Shown here: positions 1 through 8,417 of the stretch, piece by piece
Numbering within the stretch: the first letter of the stretch is position 1
Layout of the letters: each line of letters starts with the position of its first letter
DNA from: Opitutia bacterium
GTDB lineage: Bacteria; Verrucomicrobiota; Verrucomicrobiia; Opitutales; Seribacteraceae
Reading direction: 5' to 3'
Assembly: GCA_038121045.1 (NCBI GenBank)
Contig: JAYOMW010000002.1
Span: 1 to 57,791, forward strand
DNA length: 57,791 nt
The notes under the pieces: generated by a model
The model's database searches: none
Told to the model about the DNA's origin: nothing
What the model saw: the letters and a program-made list of their open reading frames with translations, nothing else
Position numbers and translations under genes: made by a program

Positions 1-1272
1 GGTTACGTTGCTTCTGAGGAACATGTTCTTGATCAGGGTCTGATTCGTTTTTATCGGCTCGACGGAAATGCATCTGAAGGGTTGGACGGGCAAGAAAACG
101 GAGTGCTCCATGGAACCGAGCCCGGAGCCAACCGGTTTGGCGAAGAGGGCATGTCTCTCTTTTTCGATGGGGAGGACGATTACGTCCAACTACCGGCTTT
201 GGAATTGGGAAGCGCTTACACTTTGTCGGTTTGGGTTCTGCCCCATGAAGTCAAGGGAGGAGGCTACTTCAACGTTCTTTCCAACAACGGCGACCCGGTT
301 TGGGGTGTGCGCGAGGGCAACTTGCAGCAATACTTGTTCGGAAGAGTCGAAGGTTCGGCAGTGCAAAGGCACGGTTGGACGCATTTGGTTTTGGTCCGGG
401 ACGGCCCTTCTCACAGCCTATACAAAAACGGTCAATTGGACGCCTCGGTCGAGGTTTCCGCGGACAACGACGTTTTCTCGGTGATCGGAGCCTATTTGCC
501 AACCGCCGAGGCCTTGGAGGACCGGGAACCCTTTCATGGAATGATCGATGATTTGCTTGTTTGGGAGCGTGCTTTGACTTCCTCCGAGGTGTCCTTGTTG
601 CATAAGTTCGAGAGCGAGTTTCCCGAACCTTATCCGAACGATGAGGCAGGTTTGGTCCCGATTGTCCTGACCGAGTTTCATGGAACGGGACCGAATGGAG
701 AGTATGCATTCGGGGGCCGAATCCTGACCGAGGGTAGTTCTCCGGTCGTCGAAGCGGGCATTTTTCTAAGCAAGAGCATTGTGGGTGAAAAACTCATCTG
801 GTTGCCGGCTCAAGTAAACGAGCAAACCCTCGAGTTTTCCGTATCAACCGACGATTTGGAACCGGGAGCCAGGTATTACTATCGTGCTTACGCAAGAAAT
901 TCCGCGGGAGAGAACGTCGGAAGCTTGAGAAAGCTCGTGACCCGGGAAGACGTTCCACCGGGGGCGTGGTGGAGAGACATGCCCGAGGTCGGAGGGGGTT
1001 GGCGTTCTTCGGATTGGTTCGGCGAATTCCGGATGTTCGGGCAGACCGAATGGGTCTATCATGCGCAGATCGGTTGGGTTTTCGTCGTCCCCGACGAGGA
1101 ACGCGGATTATGGCTTTGGCATAGGGAATTGGGTTGGCTTTGGACTCAGCGAGGGACCTGGCCCTACCTTTGGAGAAACCAGGTTTCGGCTTGGCTTTAT
1201 TTCCTTGGGAAACATGAAGGAAGCCCTGTCCTCTACGACTATCGAACCTCGGATTACCTGATTTTGCCCTAA
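1..1272 (+). CDS. 5'-truncated large secreted/surface protein: LamG (concanavalin-like) domain, FN3-like domain and Trp-rich C-terminal tail
   Basis: Frame is open from base 1 (GYVASEEHVLDQGLIRFYRLDGNA...). LamG motifs FDGEDDYV, WTHLVLVRDG...LYKNGQL, FHGMIDDLLVWERALTSSEV. FN3-like LEPGARYYYRAYARN. Tail WRSSDWFG...WVYH..GW...WLW...GWLWT...WPYLW...WLY. Confidence 0.85.
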   Translation, partial: GYVASEEHVLDQGLIRFYRLDGNASEGLDGQENGVLHGTEPGANRFGEEGMSLFFDGEDDYVQLPALELGSAYTLSVWVLPHEVKGGGYFNVLSNNGDPVWGVREGNLQQYLFGRVEGSAVQRHGWTHLVLVRDGPSHSLYKNGQLDASVEVSADNDVFSVIGAYLPTAEALEDREPFHGMIDDLLVWERALTSSEVSLLHKFESEFPEPYPNDEAGLVPIVLTEFHGTGPNGEYAFGGRILTEGSSPVVEAGIFLSKSIVGEKLIWLPAQVNEQTLEFSVSTDDLEPGARYYYRAYARNSAGENVGSLRKLVTREDVPPGAWWRDMPEVGGGWRSSDWFGEFRMFGQTEWVYHAQIGWVFVVPDEERGLWLWHRELGWLWTQRGTWPYLWRNQVSAWLYFLGKHEGSPVLYDYRTSDYLILP

Positions 1273-1377
1273 CCCGCATTGGGTTTCCCTTCCAAATCAT
1301 TCTGTTTTTTGTAATGGATTACTTTCATTGATCCGTGCCATAGTGATGCCATGGCATTCAATGGTCTGGTCGCTGAA

Positions 1378-1692
1378 TTAAAGAGGTTGATCAAAGATCG
1401 GGTGCCCGGATCCCAAGCGAAGGAAAGCATTGAATCGTTCGGTACGACCAAGTTCCTGTTGGAGTTCGACGAGAAAAAAGCAAAGCAATCCCGCAACAAA
1501 ACTGTAAAGGAGAGAGGAGATCATCCAGTTTAGGACGACTTTTCCTTGTCCGTCGATCAGGCGAGAATTGTCTTTTTCAGTGGCTCACGTGACGATAGGC
1601 AAGGCTAGACCTGCTCCCGGTAATACCATGCCTGCCAATTGACTGAGGTGAAGAAGCATGCAGAAGGATTTTTCGTTCATTCCCCAATGCAT
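1378..1692 (-). pseudogene. DUF4870-like membrane protein pseudogene (in-frame TGA, divergent 3' end)
   Basis: Manual translation from ATG 1692: MHWGMNEKSFCMLLHLSQLAGMVLPGAGLALPIVT*ATEKDNSRLIDGQGKVVLNWMISSLLYSFVAGLLCFFLV..., ending at TAA 1378-1380. The TGA at 1585-1587 sits where this family has Trp (PIVxW). Resemblance fades after about 1468. Confidence 0.7.
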
Positions 1693-1843
1693 TTTCGGCA
1701 CGGGATTATCAGGCTTGTGATCGGCTGATTGGGAGAAATCAATTTTTCGTGGCCCGAAGTTGGGTCGGTTTTGTTCGAGTCAGGCGTTCGATGAGCGGAT
1801 CCTGCGGGCGTTGCGCCGGGATCTCAGGTCTTTTTCGGCGCAA

Positions 1844-3127
1844 TTAGACCCGGTACCACTTCTTGCGGCGTTTGCGGTCGATCAATTGATTGGCCTCGTC
1901 ATCTTTGGCGAACCGCTCCTTTTTCGGATCCCAGTCAAGTTCCCGACGAAGTTCGTAGCCAATGTTGCAAAGTTGGCAGAGGGTCGCCGTGCGGTGACCG
2001 GCCTCGACGTGGGCGAGGGGAAGTTCTCCCGAGTGGATGCAGTCAAGCCAATCGTCATGATGATTCTTGGGTTGGCGAAGGCTTACGGTCGCTTTGTAGT
2101 CCTTGATTAAATTTTCAGGGTCCGATTTCCAAGGCCCGCGATCCACCCAAATGGTCCCTTCGGTGCCGTAAAAAATAGTGCCCCCGCGCCAATCCGGAGC
2201 GCTGCCGTGGACGACCTCCACTCCGTTTGCGTAGATCATTTTGAGATCACGGTCGCCTTCCTTGGGAGGAATGATTTTGACGGGCCCGGTGCTGTCCGCA
2301 TCCATCGCCCACTGGCCGATGTCGAAGTGGTGCGCTCCCATATCGGCCAGTCCGCCGTTGCAGTATTCTCGGTATCGCCTCCAGGCAGGGAAGTGGTTGT
2401 GTACGTCGTCGGGGCAGAGAATCTTGTTGTATCCGCGAACCGGAGCAGGGCCGAGCCAGGCATCCCAATCGATTCCTTCGGGAACCGGTTCGGTGGGAAG
2501 GTCGCAAGGGACGGGCGGGGCACCTACGCAGACCCGTATTTTTTTCAGTTCGCCGATCGCTCCGCTGCGGATCATTTCCACGGTACGCCTGAATTTGCCG
2601 CCGTATTCGGTCCGCTGTTGGCTACCGGTTTGAAAAACGACCTTGTTTTCCTTGACCGCATCGGCCATGGCTCTGCCTTCCCGTATGGTCAGGGAGATCG
2701 GTTTTTCACAATAAACGTGCTTTTTGGCCCGAGCAGCCAGAATCGTGGGTTCTCCGTGCCAGTGGTCCGGCGTTGCGATGAGAACGGCGTCGACTTGTTT
2801 GTCGGCCAGCAGCTCACGGTAGTCGGTTGTGATGGTCAATCCCTTCCAATTCTTGCCCGGGGTGTTTTGGCCGTAGTGTTTCTCGATCAGAGCCTTGGTA
2901 TGCTGGGTGCGAACCTCGGCAATTTCGGCAAAGCCCGTGACTTGGGCCCGTGGGTTGCGAATCAGTTTGTGGGCGTGACCCCGGCCCATTTTGCCCGGTC
3001 CGATGATCACGACGTTGATCCGGTTGTTGGGGGAGGCGTCTCCTTTGGCCGCCCATACGTGGGAAGGGAGAATGAAGGGGGCGGAACCGAGGGCGGCTTG
3101 CTTGAGGAAATTTCTACGGTTGGTCAT
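1844..3127 (-). CDS. Tat-exported Gfo/Idh/MocA family oxidoreductase
   Basis: Twin-arginine signal NRRNFLK; Rossmann IGPGKMG; ATPDHWH; CEKP; DMGAHHFD. Confidence 0.9.
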   Translation of the reverse strand: MTNRRNFLKQAALGSAPFILPSHVWAAKGDASPNNRINVVIIGPGKMGRGHAHKLIRNPRAQVTGFAEIAEVRTQHTKALIEKHYGQNTPGKNWKGLTITTDYRELLADKQVDAVLIATPDHWHGEPTILAARAKKHVYCEKPISLTIREGRAMADAVKENKVVFQTGSQQRTEYGGKFRRTVEMIRSGAIGELKKIRVCVGAPPVPCDLPTEPVPEGIDWDAWLGPAPVRGYNKILCPDDVHNHFPAWRRYREYCNGGLADMGAHHFDIGQWAMDADSTGPVKIIPPKEGDRDLKMIYANGVEVVHGSAPDWRGGTIFYGTEGTIWVDRGPWKSDPENLIKDYKATVSLRQPKNHHDDWLDCIHSGELPLAHVEAGHRTATLCQLCNIGYELRRELDWDPKKERFAKDDEANQLIDRKRRKKWYRV

Positions 3128-3243
3128 GAGAGATTTGCTAACTGAGGGTTGAGAAAAGTAGTCGAATTTCGAGCTTAATCGGAATCCAAAACTTTATTGG
3201 GGTCAAGGAAAGTCCGTTGCCGGGCAATAAAAAGAAGGAAGAA

Positions 3244-3618
3244 TCAAAGGTCCTCGGCCTCGAGGCTCTCCGCATCCTTCCAGAGGTTTTCCAGGGCGTA
3301 GTTTTCGCGTTGTTCCTTGGAGAACAAGTGGACCACGAAATCAATGGCATCAAGGACCAACCAACCGCTTGGCTGAAAACGATCACGTGAAAAAAGCTCG
3401 ATTTTGTGCTCCTTAAGCGTTTTTTCCAAGTTGTCGCGCAGGGCCTTGAGGTGAGGGTCGGAGGTCCCCGTGGCAATAATGAAGCAATCGGTCAGGGGGG
3501 AAGTGTTTCCAAAATAAAGGAGCTTGAGGTCCATCGCTTTTTTGTCGAGAAGGGCCTCGCACGCTATGCGGAGGTTCTTTCTTAACTCCGGATTTTCAAC
3601 GGTCATGGGTGACGTCAT
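3244..3618 (-). CDS. rsfS: Ribosome silencing factor RsfS
   Basis: LLDKKA...DCFIIATG...GWLVLD..DFVVHLF..EQRENYALENLW; directly downstream of nadD. Confidence 0.93.
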   Translation of the reverse strand: MTSPMTVENPELRKNLRIACEALLDKKAMDLKLLYFGNTSPLTDCFIIATGTSDPHLKALRDNLEKTLKEHKIELFSRDRFQPSGWLVLDAIDFVVHLFSKEQRENYALENLWKDAESLEAEDL

Positions 3619-4235
3619 GGGGCAGGAGAGGGTTCGAGAAGGTTATGCTTTTCGAGGTAATCATAGGCGGGTCGGGGAATATCGTCTTTTACGGGCCGAC
3701 CGTTTCGAATCTTTTCGCGAACGATCGTCGAGGAAAGGTCGATGAGTTCGTTGTTCATGCGTTCGAACTTGATTTCCGGCAGAGAAGGTTCGCTTGCCAT
3801 CTTGTCGGAAGACCTTGAGAAAACTAGAAAAGTGACCATGTTGAGGAGTTCATCTATGAATTTCCACTGGGGTAATTTGGCGAACTGATCGGCTCCGAGG
3901 AGGAGGAGAATTTCAGCTCCCGGATACTTTTGGGCGACTGCAAGAAGGGTGTCGCGCGTGAAGCAGACCCGGCCTTGAAGGATCTCGTGGGGAAAGACCT
4001 CGATTCGGGGATGCTCGCGGGCAATCCTTTCAAGCATGGCGAGCCGGTCCGGGGCTTTGAAGAAGGGTTTCTCGGATCGGAGGGGAGCGTGATAAGCGGG
4101 ACAAAGGAGCAGGGTGTCCAAAGCGGCTTGTTCAAGGGCTTGGGTGGCAAGGCGAAGGTGTCCGTTGTGGATGGGGTCGAAGGAGCCGCCGAAAAAACCG
4201 ATTCGGGCCAATGCGGTGGAAGTCGAACCGAGCAT
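3615..4235 (-). CDS. nadD: Nicotinate-nucleotide adenylyltransferase
   Basis: GFFGGSFDPIHNGH, LLGADQ, LSSTIVRE. Start moved to ATG 4235 because the longer ORF overlaps the upstream gene. Confidence 0.93.
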   Translation of the reverse strand: MLGSTSTALARIGFFGGSFDPIHNGHLRLATQALEQAALDTLLLCPAYHAPLRSEKPFFKAPDRLAMLERIAREHPRIEVFPHEILQGRVCFTRDTLLAVAQKYPGAEILLLLGADQFAKLPQWKFIDELLNMVTFLVFSRSSDKMASEPSLPEIKFERMNNELIDLSSTIVREKIRNGRPVKDDIPRPAYDYLEKHNLLEPSPAP

Positions 4236-4242
4236 TCCCGTT

Positions 4243-5598
4243 TCACAAGGATCTACCCTCGGACTTTTCAAACAGGGTGAACATTCTTCCCTTGCGAAAG
4301 TAGCTAACCTGGCCCGAAGAGGATACGACCAAGGCGATCGAATTGGTGACGTGCGTGATGGCCGCCGCCGCGGCATGTCTCGTGCCGAGGCCTCCGGGCA
4401 GCACGACGTCGTCCGCTTTGGCCTGAATGAGGCATCCTGCCGATTCCACCACGCCGTTGCCTTGCAGGATGAAGGCTCCGTCGATCAGAGCGAGTTCCTT
4501 GATCGTTTCGTCCATGAACGGATTGAGAATGCTACGGTCTTCTTCGGCGTAGCCGTGAAAGGGATTGAGAATGAGTTGCTTGGATCTCTTTCTCACCTCT
4601 TCGTGATCGCCCAGAACGAACATGGCGCCGATGGATTCTCCTTCCCGCCCCGAGGTCGCCAAGTCGGTGGCGATTGCGGTTATGCGCTCGAGGGCCTCTG
4701 CGGATACGTCCTCTGGCAACATTTCGTCACCTTTTCCGATGACGGACTCGAATTCCTCGTCGACGTCGACTACGAGGACCGTGTCAAGCTGCCCGCTGTC
4801 GGGAATTCCGCCGATGCAGCAAACGCGGTCCTGAAAGCCAAAGATTTCCCGCGTCAAGCCGAGCAGGATGGCTGCCCGCAATTGAGACAAGCGTGAGCGG
4901 GAGAGGGCTCGCACGGCCAAAGTCGCATTGGCCCTGTGGTGGATTTTGTCCTCGTCGGTGACGTCTTGTCCGGCCAAAACGAGCTTGAATCCGGGAAAAG
5001 TCATTCTCGGAGCCAAGCTCGGGGGGAAAACGTCCGTAAAAATGAGGATGGTCGAACACTCGGCGGCCTTGGCGATCTTGGCAGCCTCGTCGGTCAGAAG
5101 TTTGTTGAATTTCGTTCTCCGCCGAGCGGGACGGTCGTCGGCGCCTGCAAAGGCTTTGCGGACCGCATTCTTGAACTCCGTCTTCTCCCGGGCCATCCAT
5201 AGCTGGTCCATGACGGTGTTGTCTTGGAATGCCCGGGCCAAGGCCGCGAGAAAAGAAAGGTAGTTCTTGGCATTCTCGTTGGCCAAAAGCATGAAAACGA
5301 AGCGGATGTCCTCGTAACTGTCCTTTCCTTCGAAGGAAAGCCCCGCCGGGCAACGACCGACGGCCAAGGCATAGGGCCGGTTCATTTGAACGCGGGCGTG
5401 AGGCAGCGCCACGCCCTCGCCGATGTAACTGGTCAGGGCGCTTTCCCGCTCGACCAATTCTTTGAGCACTTTTTTGCGCTTCGGAGCGGTAGGCAGGAGC
5501 GTGTCAAAGGTTTGAACCAATTCGGCGTAGGCGGACTTCAGGTCCTTGCTGGTTAGGTCGATAATCCGATTGGAGGAAATGTAACGGTCTATGCGCAT
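4243..5598 (-). CDS. PTS EIIA(Ntr/Fru-like) domain fused to a DisA_N diadenylate cyclase (DAC) domain
   Basis: N-terminal RESALTSYIGEGVALPHAR (EIIA phospho-His). C-terminal GREGESIGAMFVLGD, KELALIDGAF (DGA motif) and GLGTRHAAAAAIT (RH motif). Confidence 0.85.
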   Translation of the reverse strand: MRIDRYISSNRIIDLTSKDLKSAYAELVQTFDTLLPTAPKRKKVLKELVERESALTSYIGEGVALPHARVQMNRPYALAVGRCPAGLSFEGKDSYEDIRFVFMLLANENAKNYLSFLAALARAFQDNTVMDQLWMAREKTEFKNAVRKAFAGADDRPARRRTKFNKLLTDEAAKIAKAAECSTILIFTDVFPPSLAPRMTFPGFKLVLAGQDVTDEDKIHHRANATLAVRALSRSRLSQLRAAILLGLTREIFGFQDRVCCIGGIPDSGQLDTVLVVDVDEEFESVIGKGDEMLPEDVSAEALERITAIATDLATSGREGESIGAMFVLGDHEEVRKRSKQLILNPFHGYAEEDRSILNPFMDETIKELALIDGAFILQGNGVVESAGCLIQAKADDVVLPGGLGTRHAAAAAITHVTNSIALVVSSSGQVSYFRKGRMFTLFEKSEGRSL

Positions 5599-5656
5599 GG
5601 TTTGGCCCAAAGACGGTTAGCGGAAATTTTACGCCCGGAAAGTTGAGTCTGGTCGC

Positions 5657-6031
5657 TTACTTTTCCCACTCGAGCGCGCCGCTTTTCAGTTCATAGATCA
5701 AGCCCACGGCAAGGACGAAGGTGAAAAAAAGCATGGGCCAAAGGACGGGAATCCCGCAAGCCATAAGTTCCCGATGGGTAAGGACCCAGGGAATGAGAAA
5801 CACGACGTCGATGTCAAAAAGGATGAAAAGCATGGCCGTGACGTAGAATTTGACCGAGTAGCGGGTTTCGCCCTTGGTATCGGTTGCCAAGCCACATTCG
5901 TAGGGAGAATCCTTGATTTTTCCCGCAGTGGCTTTTTGTCCGAAAAGGTGGCTTGCCGCCAAGATACCCACACCCATCCCGATGGCCAACAGGATCTGGA
6001 TTAAAACCGGAAGATATTCTGCAAGAGTCAC
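5657..6031 (-). CDS. nuoA: NADH-quinone oxidoreductase subunit A
   Basis: PYECG, FYVTAMLFILFDIDVVFLIPW, GALEWE; probable GTG start at 6031. Confidence 0.92.
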   Translation of the reverse strand: MTLAEYLPVLIQILLAIGMGVGILAASHLFGQKATAGKIKDSPYECGLATDTKGETRYSVKFYVTAMLFILFDIDVVFLIPWVLTHRELMACGIPVLWPMLFFTFVLAVGLIYELKSGALEWEK

Positions 6032-6171
6032 GAGGAAATCAATCGTACGAAATAGGCCTGGAGGCAAGAAGATTCGATTTTTCGTGGGAACCTGCAACCG
6101 CCCTCGAATTTGTTTTCAAAAGCAAAGGTCAAGGGAGGACGGACGCGCCGAAGGACTGACGTTCTCGAAAC

Positions 6172-6201
6172 TTGCCAAACGGGCAAAGGTTGAGCTATAA
6201 T
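6172..6201 (+). promoter_or_regulatory. Sigma70-type promoter of the T2SS operon (TTGCCA-18-TATAAT), probably leaderless
   Basis: TTGCCA 6172-6177 and TATAAT 6196-6201; the gspG ATG at 6208 is 7 nt after the end of the -10. Confidence 0.6.
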
Positions 6202-6207
6202 GATGAT

Positions 6208-6654
6208 ATGAATCAACCTACGCCCAAAGCTGTCTCTCAGAAGCCAAACGCCGTTTCCCCGGGTGCCGCGAAGGCAATTCGTGGTTTTACCTTGATCGAG
6301 ATTCTCATTGTTTTGGCCTTGATTGGGATCGTGGCGATGTTGTCTATCGACGGTTTGGGAGACCTCTTTAGCGGAGGTCAGGAGGATGCCGCGCAAAATT
6401 GGGTGAATGGAGCAGGCAAGCAATACGTGGAGCTCTATTTTCTCAAGGCCCGGGCCTACCCCAAAAGCCTCAATGACTTGATGAGTCCGCCCAAACCCGG
6501 CATGGATCCGGTAGTCAAGAAAGCATCCGCCCTGTTGGACCCGTGGGACAAACAATACCAGTACAAATACCCGGGCACCAAAAATACGAGTGACTTCGAC
6601 TTGTGGACGGTAACCCCGGACGGAAAAACAATCGGAAACTGGGACGGGAGTTGA
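6208..6654 (+). CDS. gspG: T2SS major pseudopilin GspG
   Basis: Prepilin site RG|FTLIEILIV; YPKSLNDL; LDPWDKQYQYKYPG...DFDLWTVTPDG..IGNW. Confidence 0.9.
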   Translation: MNQPTPKAVSQKPNAVSPGAAKAIRGFTLIEILIVLALIGIVAMLSIDGLGDLFSGGQEDAAQNWVNGAGKQYVELYFLKARAYPKSLNDLMSPPKPGMDPVVKKASALLDPWDKQYQYKYPGTKNTSDFDLWTVTPDGKTIGNWDGS

Positions 6655-6655
6655 T

Positions 6656-7201
6656 TTGATCTCCCGAAGGCGCCCGGGTGGCGTTCGCGCCTTCACCCTG
6701 ATCGAGGTCCTGCTGGTCCTGGCCTTGGTCGGCGTATTGATCGGTTTGGTTGCAATCAATGCGGGGGCCTTTGTCGAAGCGAGTAAGTATGAACCTCCCG
6801 CCCGGGTGTTGGGCAAGGCGGTCAAGGATTCTTTCTTTTTCGCCAGCGAAACCAAGCGAACGGCTTATCTGTCCTATTTGGAAGAGAATGCGACTTTTTT
6901 CGTCTCCGACGCAACGGGAAGGATTTTGGCCAGTCACGGCATTTTTGAAAAGGAGGACTTGGAGAAATTGAGGGAAGACGACCTTCTTCCGCGAGTCATT
7001 TTCAGGGCTACGGGCCCCTTGGCCGGATTGGCGGGAGGGGGTTCCTTGTATGACGATGATCTTCTGGTCGTGCAGAGAGTTCCTTTTCATTTTGGCACGA
7101 GCATGCCTTTTCAAGCGGAGATCGAAATCATGGGCGAAGATGAGGTCGAAAGGATCGAGTTCGATCCTTTTTCGGGCTACCCGGTGGCTCAGGAGGAATG
7201 A
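6656..7201 (+). CDS. Minor pseudopilin, GspH-like
   Basis: RA|FTLIEVLLVL N-methylation motif; follows gspG. Confidence 0.75.
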   Translation: MISRRRPGGVRAFTLIEVLLVLALVGVLIGLVAINAGAFVEASKYEPPARVLGKAVKDSFFFASETKRTAYLSYLEENATFFVSDATGRILASHGIFEKEDLEKLREDDLLPRVIFRATGPLAGLAGGGSLYDDDLLVVQRVPFHFGTSMPFQAEIEIMGEDEVERIEFDPFSGYPVAQEE

Positions 7202-7707
7202 AAGGCTTTTGCAAGAAGAGAATCTCGGCGAAGCCTTCTCCGCGAGGCTTTATGCTGCTCGAGGTTCTGATCGCCTTGGCCTTGTTCGGAATGTCGGCCG
7301 TTTTTCTGGTGGAAGGCGTGGGCTTGGTGTCGAAGGAAATCGTCAACCGGAAGAATTTCAGGGATCTGGAGGGGGATTTAGTCTGGATCAGGGCCCAGAT
7401 TTTCAAGCAGACCGATTACGAGAAAATGGAGGAAGGAGGGGACATACAAGCCCTTACCATGGGAGAGGTACGTTGGGAAACGGAAATCGAAATGTCGGAG
7501 GTGTTGGACGTTTTTCGGGTTTCGTTAACCCTCGCCTATGACGGCAACGATGAATTCGAGGTCGAGGGTGGCGAAAAAACCTACGTGATGTACTTGTACC
7601 GCCCGACTTGGTCGAATAATTCCGATTTTGCGACGGAGCGGGGCCGTCTTGCGGATGACAAAAAGAAGAAAATCGAGCAAATGCGCGAAGAACGCAGAAG
7701 GTATTGA
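7198..7707 (+). CDS. Minor pseudopilin, GspI-like
   Basis: RG|FMLLEVLIAL; ATGA coupling to the previous gene. Confidence 0.75.
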   Translation: MKGFCKKRISAKPSPRGFMLLEVLIALALFGMSAVFLVEGVGLVSKEIVNRKNFRDLEGDLVWIRAQIFKQTDYEKMEEGGDIQALTMGEVRWETEIEMSEVLDVFRVSLTLAYDGNDEFEVEGGEKTYVMYLYRPTWSNNSDFATERGRLADDKKKKIEQMREERRRY

Positions 7708-8417
7708 TGAAAAAGGGCTTTTCCATGATGGAGGTGTTGGTGGCTTTGGCCATCGGAGGGCTTCTGCTTGTTTCCTCGACCGACTTGCTGGTTTCGATTT
7801 CCAAGCGATGGATTGACGGGCCGAGCTCGAAAGATGCCTTCGACGCTCACGTAAACGGCGTTTCCCGCTTTCTCACTGCGGTCATGGAGGAAGCAACCGT
7901 GCCAACCCTGAATTCTTCGGGAAACGAGGCTGTCGACTTGCGTCGGCCGGTCGGTTTTTCCGACAGTGAGGATCCTTTGATTCACTTCTATCTTCGGGAC
8001 GCTCCTCCTTTCTTCGTTTGGCCCAAAGGCCCGGCTCAGCGGGTTCATGCTTATCTTTATTTCGAAGAGGGCGAAGGCTTGAGTATCGCCTGGTTTTCGG
8101 AACTTCAGGAACTCGAGAAAAACGAAGAGGGCGAGATGGTACCCGAGGACGAAGACGAATTGTTCAAGACCCTGGTCAGCCCTTTTTGCGAGACAATTCA
8201 TTATTGTTATTACGGGGACGAAGACGATGGAGAACTCGACATCAAGGAATGGGAGTATCCGACCGATTTAAGAGAAAGCGAAAAGACGGAAGGAAAGTTC
8301 CAATTGCCCGCGTTCATCAAGCTGGTGTTCCGGGGCGACGAGGAGGGGTTGGACAGAACGATCACCATTCCCATCGAAAGACTTTCCCCCAATGGCCTGA
8401 AGGAGGAGTCTCAATGA
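7707..8417 (+). CDS. Minor pseudopilin, GspJ-like
   Basis: KG|FSMMEVLVAL; C-terminal LPAFIKL typical of GspJ. Confidence 0.75.
   Translation: MKKGFSMMEVLVALAIGGLLLVSSTDLLVSISKRWIDGPSSKDAFDAHVNGVSRFLTAVMEEATVPTLNSSGNEAVDLRRPVGFSDSEDPLIHFYLRDAPPFFVWPKGPAQRVHAYLYFEEGEGLSIAWFSELQELEKNEEGEMVPEDEDELFKTLVSPFCETIHYCYYGDEDDGELDIKEWEYPTDLRESEKTEGKFQLPAFIKLVFRGDEEGLDRTITIPIERLSPNGLKEESQ

Noticed and set aside
1351-1533. 60-aa plus-strand ORF
   Set aside because: Mostly the antisense shadow of the DUF4870-like pseudogene; no recognisable motif.
1585-1587. TGA-to-Trp recoding or selenocysteine
   Set aside because: TGA terminates many bona fide genes in the window, the expected residue is Trp rather than Cys, and the 3' part is also degenerate.
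8018-8413. N-terminal extension of GspK (similarly for NadD, GspD, CysK)
   Set aside because: Overlaps the upstream gene out of frame; internal ATGs give canonical N-termini.
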